Below are positions 29,994 through 39,404 of a DNA stretch of 64,000 nt, piece by piece. The stretch spans positions 2,272,001 to 2,336,000 of the forward strand of contig OZ243972.1 of assembly GCA_965214705.1 (NCBI GenBank), written 5' to 3'. Made by a program: the position numbers and the translations under genes. The notes beneath the pieces were generated by a model. That model made no database searches. It was not told where the DNA came from and worked only from the letters and a program-made list of their open reading frames with translations. Every line of letters starts with the position of its first letter. Within the stretch, counting starts at the first letter, position 1. This stretch comes from Alphaproteobacteria bacterium. Lineage in GTDB: Bacteria > Pseudomonadota > Alphaproteobacteria > UBA828.

Positions 29994-30728
29994 ATGCGCG
30001 CCGTCATCCTCGCCGCCGGAGTGGGGCGGCGTCTGGGGCTCGATAAGCCCAAGATTCTGTTGCGATTCGGCGGCCGCACTCTGCTGGAACGTCATCTCGC
30101 CATCCTTGCCGCGCTCGGTGTCCGCGAGGTGGTGATCGGAATCGGCCACGAGGCGCTCGCGATCGAGCGCGCGCTGGAAGCGCTGGGCGAGACCGATGTC
30201 TCGACCATCTACAACCCCGACTACGAGCAGGGCAGCATCCTGACGCTCCGGTGCGTGCGGGAGGCGCTCATGGCGGGCGGGCCGGTCCTTCTCATGGATG
30301 GCGACGTGCTCTACGGCCGCCGTGTGCTCGCGCCCTTGATCGAGACCCGCCACGCCGATTGCCTGCTGGTTGACCGCGCCTACGAGCCCGGCGACGAACC
30401 GGTCAAGGTGGGCGTCGTTGACGGCGTGCCCACCGATTTCGGCAAGATCATCGATCCTGCGCTCGAGCCCTACGGTGAATCGGTGGGCTTCTTCCGCCTC
30501 AGCGAGGGGACGGCAAACGCGCTCGTCGAAACTGCCGGGCGCATGATCGAACAGGGAGGCAGAGAACGCCCGATGGAGGACGCCGTCGCCGCCGTCATCC
30601 GCGCCGCCAGCCCGGCCTTCGGCTTCGAGGACGTGACCGGCCTGCCCTGGATCGAGATCGACTTTCCCGAGGACGTCGAGCGCGCTGAGACCGAGATACT
30701 GCCAAAGCTCGCGGATGACGACGGCTGA
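29994..30728 (+). CDS. Nucleotidyltransferase (LicC/phosphocholine cytidylyltransferase-like)
   Basis: ILAAGVGRRL, PK, MDGDVLY, GESVG, WIEIDFPED. Confidence 0.88.
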   Translation: MRAVILAAGVGRRLGLDKPKILLRFGGRTLLERHLAILAALGVREVVIGIGHEALAIERALEALGETDVSTIYNPDYEQGSILTLRCVREALMAGGPVLLMDGDVLYGRRVLAPLIETRHADCLLVDRAYEPGDEPVKVGVVDGVPTDFGKIIDPALEPYGESVGFFRLSEGTANALVETAGRMIEQGGRERPMEDAVAAVIRAASPAFGFEDVTGLPWIEIDFPEDVERAETEILPKLADDDG

Positions 30729-30742
30729 CAACAAATCCCGGC

Positions 30743-30778
30743 TTGTGCGCCTCGGATACTTAGCTATATAGTTAGCTA
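30743..30778 (+). promoter_or_regulatory. TA operon promoter with autoregulatory operator
   Basis: TTGTGC -35; TAGCTA-TATAGT-TAGCTA (two palindromic hexamers around a -10-like TATAGT). Confidence 0.55.
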
Positions 30779-30803
30779 GAATTTTCGCCCGAGTAGGTGC
30801 GTC

Positions 30804-31037
30804 ATGACTGTCGTGAATGTCCACGAGGCCAAGACCCAGCTTTCCCGATTGCTTGCGCGCGTGGAGGGCGGCGAGGAGGTGGTGATCGCCCGCCGCGGAG
30901 AGCCAGTCGCACGGCTCGTCGCCTGCAAGCCGCGGAAGAAGCGCCGCCCCGGTCGGCTCAAGGGCAAGGTCGTCATTCCCGACGATTTCTTCGACCCGCT
31001 GCCGGAAGAGGAGCTAAAGCTCTGGGAAGGCGGATAG
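30804..31037 (+). CDS. Phd/YefM family antitoxin
   Basis: VNVHEAKTQLSRLLARVEGGEEVVIARRGEPVARLV. Confidence 0.93.
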   Translation: MTVVNVHEAKTQLSRLLARVEGGEEVVIARRGEPVARLVACKPRKKRRPGRLKGKVVIPDDFFDPLPEEELKLWEGG

Positions 31038-31040
31038 TCA

Positions 31041-31427
31041 GTGCGGGTGCTGCTGGACACCCATGCATTCCTATGGTGGGTCGAGGCCAGTCCTTACCTT
31101 GTTGCAACCGCACATCGGGTAATCGCCGACGAGGCCAACGATATCGTCGTGAGCGCGGCCTCCGCATGGGAAATCGCCACAAAATACCGTATCGGTAAAC
31201 TGCCGGAGGCTGAAGCCGTCGCGACGAACGTCGCCGGCTGCATTGCAGACGAAGGCTTCGAGGCGCTTTCGGTCAGCGTCGCCGATGCCGAACGTGCCGG
31301 GCGATTGCCCGGAATCCACCGTGATCCCTTCGACCGAATGCTTATCGCGCAAGCCCTGGGACATGAACTGGTAATCGTCTCGATCGACAGAACCTTTGAT
31401 CGCTATGGCGTGAGTCGGCTCTGGTGA
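31041..31427 (+). CDS. vapC: VapC PIN-domain toxin
   Basis: LLDTH, SAWEI, HRDPFDRMLIAQA, SID acidic residues. Confidence 0.93.
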   Translation: MRVLLDTHAFLWWVEASPYLVATAHRVIADEANDIVVSAASAWEIATKYRIGKLPEAEAVATNVAGCIADEGFEALSVSVADAERAGRLPGIHRDPFDRMLIAQALGHELVIVSIDRTFDRYGVSRLW

Positions 31428-31523
31428 GAAGGGCTCTTACTCGCCGCCCGCCCATTGCACGCAGGCGTGCGGCCTCACCATAATGAGCGCCACACAAGGG
31501 GAACGCCGCCAGGGAGGCGCACC

Positions 31524-32627
31524 ATGAAGCTCGGCATGTTCATGCACCCGATCCAGGATTTTCGGCGGGGCTATCACACGCTGCTGAAGGAAGACTTCGA
31601 GATCATCAAGTGCGCCGATGCGGTCGGTTTCGACGAGGTCTGGCTCGGCGAGCATTTCGCGCTTCCCTCCGAGCCGATCCAGTCGCCGCTGATGCTGTTC
31701 GCGACGCTGGTGCCCCAGACCGAGCGGATCAAGTTCGGCTCCGGCGTCCTCTGCCTGCCCTACCAGCACCCGGCGATCGTGGCGGGCCAAGCCGCGCAGT
31801 TCGACCATATCTCCGAGGGCCGCTTCCTCATGGGCATCGGGCCCGGCGCTACGCCGCCCGACTTCGAGATGTTCAAGATCACCGACCTCGATCGTATGGA
31901 GATGCTGGTCGAGTCCATCGACATGATCCACGGCATCTGGGCTTCGGACCCGCCCTACGAGTTCCACGGCAAGTACTGGGACTTCGAGATCAAGGACAAC
32001 GTGCTCAACGACATCGGCGTCGGCGCCATGGGCAAGCCCTACCAGCAGCCCCATCCACCGGTGATGATCCCGGCGATGAGCCGGGGCTCCGGCAGCATTC
32101 GTCTTGCCGCCCAACGGGATTGGCTGTTCATCTCCGCCAACTTCGTCCCCGACGACGTGCTCAAGGGCCATTGGCGCGACTATCTCGATGAGCGCAAGAA
32201 GCTCGGGCTCGCACCCAACCCCTCCAAGTGGAAGGCAGGCCGCACCCTACTGATCACCGAGACCGACGAGGAAGCGCGCCAGTATCTCAGGCGCGAGGAC
32301 AACGCGTTCTATTGGTATTTCAAGTACATCATCGGTGTCACCAGCCACGGCGGCTTCGTCCACATGCTGAAGTCGGACCCCGACATGCCGGACGAGGAGG
32401 TGACGCCCGAGTACTGCATCGACACCATCGTCACCGCCGGCAGTCCCAAGACCGTGGCCAAGAAGATCGCGGAGTTCCGGGACGAGACCGGCCCCTTCGA
32501 GACCCTGATCATCTCGCATCACGACTGGGTGCATAAGGACCTGTGGCGGCGCCACATGGAGCTCACCGCGACCGAGCTCATGCCGCGGCTCCGCGCCGAG
32601 ATCGGCTGGCAGGCGGCGGCGGAGTAG
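31524..32627 (+). CDS. LLM-class flavin-dependent monooxygenase
   Basis: GFDEVWLGEH, LPYQHP, SEGRFLMGIGPG, PYQQPHPP; GGGAGG RBS. Confidence 0.92.
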   Translation: MKLGMFMHPIQDFRRGYHTLLKEDFEIIKCADAVGFDEVWLGEHFALPSEPIQSPLMLFATLVPQTERIKFGSGVLCLPYQHPAIVAGQAAQFDHISEGRFLMGIGPGATPPDFEMFKITDLDRMEMLVESIDMIHGIWASDPPYEFHGKYWDFEIKDNVLNDIGVGAMGKPYQQPHPPVMIPAMSRGSGSIRLAAQRDWLFISANFVPDDVLKGHWRDYLDERKKLGLAPNPSKWKAGRTLLITETDEEARQYLRREDNAFYWYFKYIIGVTSHGGFVHMLKSDPDMPDEEVTPEYCIDTIVTAGSPKTVAKKIAEFRDETGPFETLIISHHDWVHKDLWRRHMELTATELMPRLRAEIGWQAAAE

Positions 32628-32653
32628 GCACGCGCCGGGGCCTGCGGCTCAGG

Positions 32654-34141
32654 TTACTCGGTCACGATCTTTACAAGCTGACCCGGCTGCATCTGTTCAC
32701 GGGGACCGAGGCCGTTCAAGACCCGGAACCGCTCGATGCGGAACTCATTGAATGGCATACGAGCCGCGAGCGATTGCACGGTATCGCCCGGCGCGACCTC
32801 GACGACGCGCAGCCTGAGCGGGCGGAGGTTGGCGGCCTGCGCCACGCCGAGCCGCCTGAAGCTCGCGATCATCTGCCGGAAGGGAGCCGAGAACTCTCTG
32901 GTCTGCCGCGGCGGCGTCACGAAGAAGAAGCGATAGACCCGCGTTGGCGTGGCGCGGATGGCGACCAGTCGGACGTCGCGCACGCCCGACCTGGTGCGGA
33001 CGCGCGTGCTCGCGGCCACCGCGTCCATGCCGTCGATGTGGGTTCTCTCGATTCTGGTCAGCGCCACCTTCGACGCCCAGACGCCTCGCAGATAGTGCCA
33101 GGTGCTGATCGAGGGATTTGCAAGCCTGGCCTCGTCGAAGCGCACCGTGGCGCCCGACGGGTGCGTGCCCACCACCGCCTCCGGTGCGTTGCGCAGGCGG
33201 AAACCGGGCGGCGCCGTGAACGCGATCCGCAAGATCGGATGGGCGAATGCCCGGCCGCGAACAAATCCGTCTTCAGGGGAATCGCCGTAGATCATGCCGT
33301 CGATGCGCCTAAGGTAGATGTCGCGGGCGCGCTCGCCGCCGAATTTGGCTTGCGCGGCAGCGGCAGCCTCTATTACCCGGTCGGCGGTACGCGGGTGGCT
33401 CGCGAAGAGGCCCCCCTGCGCTCTATCGCCGCGCTTTCCGGCCATCTTGCTTGCCAGCGTCGCCTCTGCCCCCATCGTCTCCAGGAAGCTCGACATGGCG
33501 GTGGCGTCGAAGCCGGCGCGGCTCAAATAGCGCACGCCCAGCGTGTCCGCCTCAAGCTCTTGGGAGCGCGAATAGCCTTGCACATAGGCGCCGGCCGCGA
33601 GGTTCGCGAAATCCGAGACGCTCCGGTTGTCGATGACCGCGCCGAGGATTGCCGCTCCCAAGCCAGCGATGAGACCGTGGCTGTACCGCTCGGCGCTGTG
33701 GCGGGCGGTCACGTGGCCGATCTCGTGGGCGATCACGCCCGCAAACTCCGCCTCGTCGTTGGCGAGCGCCATAAGGCCTCGCGTGACGTGGACGTAGCCG
33801 CCGGGCAGGGCAAAGGCGTTGACCTCCGGGCTGTCGAGGACGACGAAGGTGAAGGGCGGCTCGGGCTGTTCCGAAGTCTGTTGGAGCAGCCCGCCGAGGC
33901 TTGTGACGTAGCGCTGGAGCGCCGGGTCGTCGTAGAGGCCGCCGAACGCCTTCACCAACTTGGGGTGCTCCTGGGCACCGACCAGCCGCTCCTCCTCGGG
34001 CGAGAGGAAGGCCGTGAATTGCTCGTCGCCGGTCGCCGGATTGACGCTGCATCCGCCGAGCACAAGCGGCGCGACTGTGGCCAGCGCGAGGCCCAGCGCC
34101 AGAGCCACGGGCGCTGCCACCGCGCGGCGGAAGCGCTTCAT
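32654..34141 (-). CDS. M48 family Zn-metalloprotease lipoprotein with C-terminal LysM-like domain
   Basis: LGGC lipobox, NAFALPGG, HEIGH, ELEAD, SHP; VAPGDTVQSLA. Confidence 0.92.
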   Translation of the reverse strand: MKRFRRAVAAPVALALGLALATVAPLVLGGCSVNPATGDEQFTAFLSPEEERLVGAQEHPKLVKAFGGLYDDPALQRYVTSLGGLLQQTSEQPEPPFTFVVLDSPEVNAFALPGGYVHVTRGLMALANDEAEFAGVIAHEIGHVTARHSAERYSHGLIAGLGAAILGAVIDNRSVSDFANLAAGAYVQGYSRSQELEADTLGVRYLSRAGFDATAMSSFLETMGAEATLASKMAGKRGDRAQGGLFASHPRTADRVIEAAAAAQAKFGGERARDIYLRRIDGMIYGDSPEDGFVRGRAFAHPILRIAFTAPPGFRLRNAPEAVVGTHPSGATVRFDEARLANPSISTWHYLRGVWASKVALTRIERTHIDGMDAVAASTRVRTRSGVRDVRLVAIRATPTRVYRFFFVTPPRQTREFSAPFRQMIASFRRLGVAQAANLRPLRLRVVEVAPGDTVQSLAARMPFNEFRIERFRVLNGLGPREQMQPGQLVKIVTE

Positions 34142-34935
34142 TCGAGCACCTCAATCTGCTCGGGATGAGTGGCCTCGATCATGGGGCCGTTGAACGAGTC
34201 GACCCAGCCGCGCACGCGCACCATACGCCCCTCGTAATCCTCGATGACGATGCCCGCAGCCTCGAAGCGCCGACGGTCGCGCGGCCCAATGGAGACAGTG
34301 AAGTCCTCACGCCAGTCGTCGCCGAAGTTGAGGTAGCCGCGCCCCCGCACCACCGCCGCCGCCCGAACCCGCCCCTCGACTAGTTGGAAGCTATGGAGCC
34401 CGCCGTCGGCCTCATCTGCAGTGCGCACCCGATAGCGAGGCTGCGACCAGATGCCGAGACGCGCGGCGCGCGCGCGATGTTCGATGGCGAGCATCTCGGG
34501 AATCGCTGCGCGGTCGTCGACGACGCTGTGGACCCGCACGAGGCCGGCGGCGAGTAACGCACCTTGAATCCAGGTTCCGTCGTCGCTCCGCGCCAGATGG
34601 CCGCGCAGGCGGCCGTGGCGGTCTCGCGGGGTGTCGCCCACTGCCAGACCGACCCGGCGATCGTGAACCAGAGCAGCGAGCGCTTGGCGCGCTTCTGTCG
34701 CGAGGATGCCGGCCTCGGACGCGGTTTCGCCACGCGCGGGCCGCGGCACGTCGATGCCGGCGAGCCTGACCGTCTCTCCGTCATCGAGCAGGACCGTGCT
34801 GCCGTCGATGACCTCGACCACTCGTGCTTCCGCGTCGGGCGTCAGGCCCGCCGGCAGCGGTACCGTCGTTCCACTGGCAACGCCCAAACCTGGCACGGTG
34901 AGAACGAGGAGAAAGACCGCGGCGAATCGGGCCAT
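34138..34935 (-). CDS. Thermonuclease (SNase-like) family secreted protein
   Basis: Signal peptide, VIDGST, VRLAGID, DRHGR, ARLGIW, C-terminal OB-like domain. Confidence 0.85.
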   Translation of the reverse strand: MARFAAVFLLVLTVPGLGVASGTTVPLPAGLTPDAEARVVEVIDGSTVLLDDGETVRLAGIDVPRPARGETASEAGILATEARQALAALVHDRRVGLAVGDTPRDRHGRLRGHLARSDDGTWIQGALLAAGLVRVHSVVDDRAAIPEMLAIEHRARAARLGIWSQPRYRVRTADEADGGLHSFQLVEGRVRAAAVVRGRGYLNFGDDWREDFTVSIGPRDRRRFEAAGIVIEDYEGRMVRVRGWVDSFNGPMIEATHPEQIEVLE

Positions 34936-35057
34936 GGGGCGGGAGTATAGCGCTCGCCTTCGCGCGAACGCGCGGCTTCTCAAGCAGGCGGCAAGACCGT
35001 AATGTCGGCTCGGGCGCGCTTTGTGGCGCACACGGCCCAGCGCGGGGAGGGCGCAGC

Positions 35058-36755
35058 ATGGACATGGTGACGATGAACATCATCGATTCCTCGATGGTGT
35101 CGATCTGCCGGGAAATGGGAATCACTCTGATGAAGACGTCCTATTCGACGATCTTCAACGAGGGCCTCGATTTCACCTGCGCCATCGCAGACACCGACGG
35201 CGAGATGGTCTCGGTCGCCGAGTTCTGCCCCGCACAGATCGGCGGGATGCCGCTCTTGATCAAGACCTGTGCCGAGGAAATCCCGATCGACCAGATCGAG
35301 GAAGGCGACGTCATCATCCACAACGACCCCTACCGGGGTGGCCTGCACGTGCCCGAGCACACGCTGTTCAAGCCGGTCTTCGCCGACGGCAAGCTCCTGG
35401 CGTTCGTCGTCGCCATCGGCCACATCGCCGAGGTCGGCGGCATGGTGCCGGGCGGCTTCGCCGGCGAAGCGACGGAGATTTTCCACGAAGGCGTGCGCGT
35501 GCCCCCGGTGAAGATCATGAAGCGCGGGCAAGATGTCGATTCCGTGTGGAAGCTGATTCTCGCGAACGTCCGGACGCCTCGTTACAATTACGGCGACCTG
35601 CGCGCCATGATCGGTGCGCTGGACCTCGGCGAGGCGCGTCTCAAGGAGATGGTGGCGAAGTACGGTCGCGACCTCTGGAACGAGACTTGCAGCGACTTGA
35701 TGGACTATTCCGAGCGCCGCATGCGCGCCGAGATTTCGCAGTTCCCCGACGGCCGCTACCATTTCGAGGACACCGTCGAGAACGACGGGATCGAGGACAA
35801 GCCCTACCAGCTCAAGGTCGATGTCTTCGTCCAAGGAGACGAGCTGGTCGCCGACTTCTCCGGCACCGACGACCAGGCCAAGGGGCCGATCAACGCCACC
35901 CTCGGCGTCACCTGGTCGGCGACCTACAACGCGCTCTTCCACATGACCGACCCGTCGATCCCCAAGAATTCGGGGTGCTTCCGGCCGATCAAGATCGTGG
36001 CCCGACCCGGCACCGTCGCCAACGTCGACTACCCGGCGCCCGAAGTCGCGGGCAACACGGAGACACATCCGAGACTCGCGTTGATCGTGATTGGCGCGCT
36101 CGCCCAAGGTGCACCCGAGCGTGCTATGGCGGCAGAGAGCGGCACTGGCGGCAATTTCGTCTTCGGCGGCCACCACCCCGACTATGACGAGTATTTCGCC
36201 TGCTACGACCTGATCTCCGGCGGCTGGGGCGGGCGCGACTACGCGGACGGCAACGACTGCGTGATCGCCATCAACGGCAACTGCCGCTTCAACCCGGTCG
36301 AGGTGTTCGAGACCCGCTTCCCGTTCCAGGTCGAGGACTTCGCGATGACGCCGGATTCCGGCGGCCCCGGCCGCCACCGCGGCGGGCTCGGCTACCGCAA
36401 GACGCTGCGCACGCTGTCGGCGGAGATCACCGCGAGCCAGTGCACCGACCGGCACCGGATCAAGACGTGGGGCCTGTTCGGCGGCAAAGAGGGTGCGGTC
36501 GGCGCGACCCTGGTCCGGCCCGAGGGCGCGAACGACTGGCGCCCGGTGACCGAAACCCACGGTAAGGCGTCGTCGTCCAAGTACGCCAATATCCGCCTGC
36601 GTCCGGGCGATCGCGTGCGGCTCATCGTTCCCGGCGGCGGCGGCTACGGCGAGCCTAGTGAGCGCGCGTCCGAGGCGGTGGAAGAAGACCTCGCGGAGGG
36701 CTACGTCACGCCGGAGGCCGCGCGCCGCGACTACGGCTACGTCGCCGACGCCTGA
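35058..36755 (+). CDS. Hydantoinase B/oxoprolinase family subunit (second copy)
   Basis: DFTCAI, HNDPYRGGLHVPEH, HIAEVGG, DSGGPGRHRGG, PGGGGYG. Confidence 0.92.
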   Translation: MDMVTMNIIDSSMVSICREMGITLMKTSYSTIFNEGLDFTCAIADTDGEMVSVAEFCPAQIGGMPLLIKTCAEEIPIDQIEEGDVIIHNDPYRGGLHVPEHTLFKPVFADGKLLAFVVAIGHIAEVGGMVPGGFAGEATEIFHEGVRVPPVKIMKRGQDVDSVWKLILANVRTPRYNYGDLRAMIGALDLGEARLKEMVAKYGRDLWNETCSDLMDYSERRMRAEISQFPDGRYHFEDTVENDGIEDKPYQLKVDVFVQGDELVADFSGTDDQAKGPINATLGVTWSATYNALFHMTDPSIPKNSGCFRPIKIVARPGTVANVDYPAPEVAGNTETHPRLALIVIGALAQGAPERAMAAESGTGGNFVFGGHHPDYDEYFACYDLISGGWGGRDYADGNDCVIAINGNCRFNPVEVFETRFPFQVEDFAMTPDSGGPGRHRGGLGYRKTLRTLSAEITASQCTDRHRIKTWGLFGGKEGAVGATLVRPEGANDWRPVTETHGKASSSKYANIRLRPGDRVRLIVPGGGGYGEPSERASEAVEEDLAEGYVTPEAARRDYGYVADA

Positions 36756-36780
36756 GCCGCAGAACGCCGCCCGGCCGGCG

Positions 36781-37643
36781 TCACGGCGCGGGCAGGGCGT
36801 CGTCGAAGAAGCGCAGAATCTGCTCGTCGATTTCCGCGAGGAAGGCTCGCCGGTCGAAGTCCGGCGGATCGCGCCCCGCGGCGCCCACTTGATCGGCCAA
36901 CGCAGCCGGAAACGGCGTGATGAAGGCGAAGTGGTGTGCCTCCGGATGGGTGACCAAGGTCGCATGATCCCCCATCAGGGCTGCGATGTGCTCCGCGTGC
37001 CAAGGTTCGCGCAGCACGCTGTCAGCTTCCAGGCGATGTATTTGAGCCGGCACTGCGACGCCTGAGAAAGCCCCGTCCCCGAAGAGCGCACCAACGGGTG
37101 CGACGGCCACGACGGCAGCAACCCGCCGGTCTGCAAGGTCGGGCATCGGTAGCTCGTTCTGCCCTCCGGGCCGGCCGTAGCTGCAAAACTCCGCATCTTC
37201 GTCGCGATGACGGGTGCAGTGATGCGCCAGCACGGCCATGTCCGCCCGGCCGCCGATCAGGGCAAGCACGCTGTAGCCGCCGGCCGAGTGCCCGACGGCC
37301 CCAATGCGCGCCGGATCGATGCGGGGGCCGAACGCGGCGTCGCCAAGGAGCCGGCCCAGCACCGCGCTTAGCTGGCGCGGCCGTCGTCGCCAATTCTCCG
37401 CTGTGCCGCTGTATCGGCCGTCACGCCAGCTGTCCCCGGCGTGTTCCGGCGCCGCCACGATGTAACCGCCCTCGGCCAAACGAATCGCCGTGTCGCGGTG
37501 ATTCAGGCGGCCGCCGCCGGTCCCGTGCGACAGCAGGACGAGACCGTACCACCCGTCACCGAGCGGTGCCCCTCGGCTCTCGCGCCCGAAGCCGCGATCA
37601 CGACCGCGAGGGCGACCATAGCTAGTAATCTCATAGTGCCCAT
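36781..37643 (-). pseudogene. Secreted alpha/beta hydrolase with 5' deletion and frameshift
   Basis: Catalytic part SHGTGG, GHSAGG, HFAF is in one frame; signal peptide [24 protein letters not shown] is in another; junction near 37570. Confidence 0.7.
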
Positions 37644-37763
37644 CGTGCCACGAAGCTCCACGCCCGGCGTAGGGACCCAACTTGCATTCGCCATGCCCAT
37701 TCCGTGTTCCGCAGCGGCGGGCGCTTGCGCAGCGGGTTTTTTCCGCGACAATCGAGAGCGCGC

Positions 37764-39404
37764 ATGAGCCGGGAATCGATGGAGTTCGACGTTGTGATCG
37801 TGGGGGCCGGTCCCGCTGGGCTTGCCACTGCGATACGCCTGCGCCAACTTGCCGAGGAGACCGGCCGCGAGATCAGCGTGACCGTGCTCGAGAAGGGCTC
37901 CGAGGTGGGCGCCCACATCCTCTCCGGCGCCGTCTTCGAGCCGCGTGCGCTGGACGAGCTGATCCCGGACTGGAAGGAGAAGGGCGCGCCGCTCAACACG
38001 CCAGCGCGCGCGGACGAGTTCCGCTACCTCACCAGGAAGGGCGGCATCAGGATGCCGGGCGCGCTGCTGCCCCCGCAAATGCGCAACCACGGCAACTACA
38101 TCATCAGCCTCGGCAATCTCTGCCGCTGGCTCGGCCAGCAGGCGGAGGAGCTCGGCGTCGAGGTTTACCCCGGCTTCGCCGCCGCCGAGGTGCTCTACCA
38201 CGAGGACGGCCGGGTCAAGGGCGTCGCCACCGGCGACATGGGCATCGCCAAGGACGGCAGCCAGAAGGCGAGCTACGAGCCCGGCGTCGAGCTGCACGCG
38301 AAATACACGCTGTTCGCCGAAGGGGCGCGCGGCTCGCTCACCAAGCAAGTAGTGGAGCGGTTCGATCTGCGCAAGCGCTCGGACCCGCAGACCTACGGCA
38401 TCGGCCTCAAGGAGGTCTGGGAGATCGAGCCCGGCAAGCATCGGCCGGGCCTGATACAGCACAGTTTCGGCTGGCCGCTGGATAGCCGCACCTACGGCGG
38501 CTCCTTCCTCTATCACTTCGACGAGAACCTGGTCTCGATCGGCTTCGTCGTGGCACTCGACTACGAGAATCCGCACCTCTCGCCCTTCGACGAGTTCCAG
38601 CGCTTCAAGACCCATCCGGTGATCCGACCCGTGCTCGAAGGAGGCCAGCGGCTGGCCTACGGCGCGCGCGCGATCAACGAGGGCGGATACCAGTCGATTC
38701 CCGAAACGGTCTTTCCCGGTGGTGCGTTGATCGGCTGTGCCGCGGGCTTCCTCAACGTGCCCAAGATCAAGGGCAGCCATAACGCGATGAAGAGCGGCGC
38801 GCTGGCGGCGGAAGCTGCATTCGCCGCGCTGGGTGAGGCCGAAGACGGCACCAGGCCGCTCGACGCCTATCCGGCGGCGCTGCGCCGCTCCTGGGTGATG
38901 AAGGAGCTCAAGCAGGTCAGGAACTGCCGCCCGGCGTTTCGATGGGGCCTCGCCGCCGGCACCGTCATCAGCTTCATGGAGCTTTGGACCGGCGGCGTGC
39001 TGCCCTGGACGCTCCGCCACGGCCAAGACCACAAGAGCCTGAAGAAGGCCGCCGATGCGCCCAAGATCGCCTATCCGAAGCCGGACGGCGTCGTGTCCTT
39101 CGACAAGCCGAGCTCGGTCTATCTCTCGAACACCAATCACGAGGAGGACCAGCCCGCGCATCTGACGCTCAAGGACGACGGTGTGCCGATAGGGGTGAAT
39201 CTCGCGCTCTACGACGCGCCGGAGCAGCGCTATTGCCCGGCCGGCGTCTACGAGATCGTGGAGGACGACGCCGGCCCACCACGCCTGCAGATCAACGCGC
39301 AGAACTGCGTGCACTGCAAGACCTGCGACATCAAGGACCCCACGCAGAACATCGTATGGGTGGTGCCCGAGGGCGGGGGCGGCCCCAACTATGCCAACAT
39401 GTAG
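37764..39404 (+). CDS. Electron transfer flavoprotein-ubiquinone oxidoreductase
   Basis: [45 protein letters not shown]. Confidence 0.96.
   Translation: MSRESMEFDVVIVGAGPAGLATAIRLRQLAEETGREISVTVLEKGSEVGAHILSGAVFEPRALDELIPDWKEKGAPLNTPARADEFRYLTRKGGIRMPGALLPPQMRNHGNYIISLGNLCRWLGQQAEELGVEVYPGFAAAEVLYHEDGRVKGVATGDMGIAKDGSQKASYEPGVELHAKYTLFAEGARGSLTKQVVERFDLRKRSDPQTYGIGLKEVWEIEPGKHRPGLIQHSFGWPLDSRTYGGSFLYHFDENLVSIGFVVALDYENPHLSPFDEFQRFKTHPVIRPVLEGGQRLAYGARAINEGGYQSIPETVFPGGALIGCAAGFLNVPKIKGSHNAMKSGALAAEAAFAALGEAEDGTRPLDAYPAALRRSWVMKELKQVRNCRPAFRWGLAAGTVISFMELWTGGVLPWTLRHGQDHKSLKKAADAPKIAYPKPDGVVSFDKPSSVYLSNTNHEEDQPAHLTLKDDGVPIGVNLALYDAPEQRYCPAGVYEIVEDDAGPPRLQINAQNCVHCKTCDIKDPTQNIVWVVPEGGGGPNYANM

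Noticed and set aside
28276-30728. Apparent long N-terminal extensions on hpnA (558 aa) and the nucleotidyltransferase (436 aa)
   Set aside because: Both extensions overlap the CDP-alcohol phosphotransferase gene and have no domain features.
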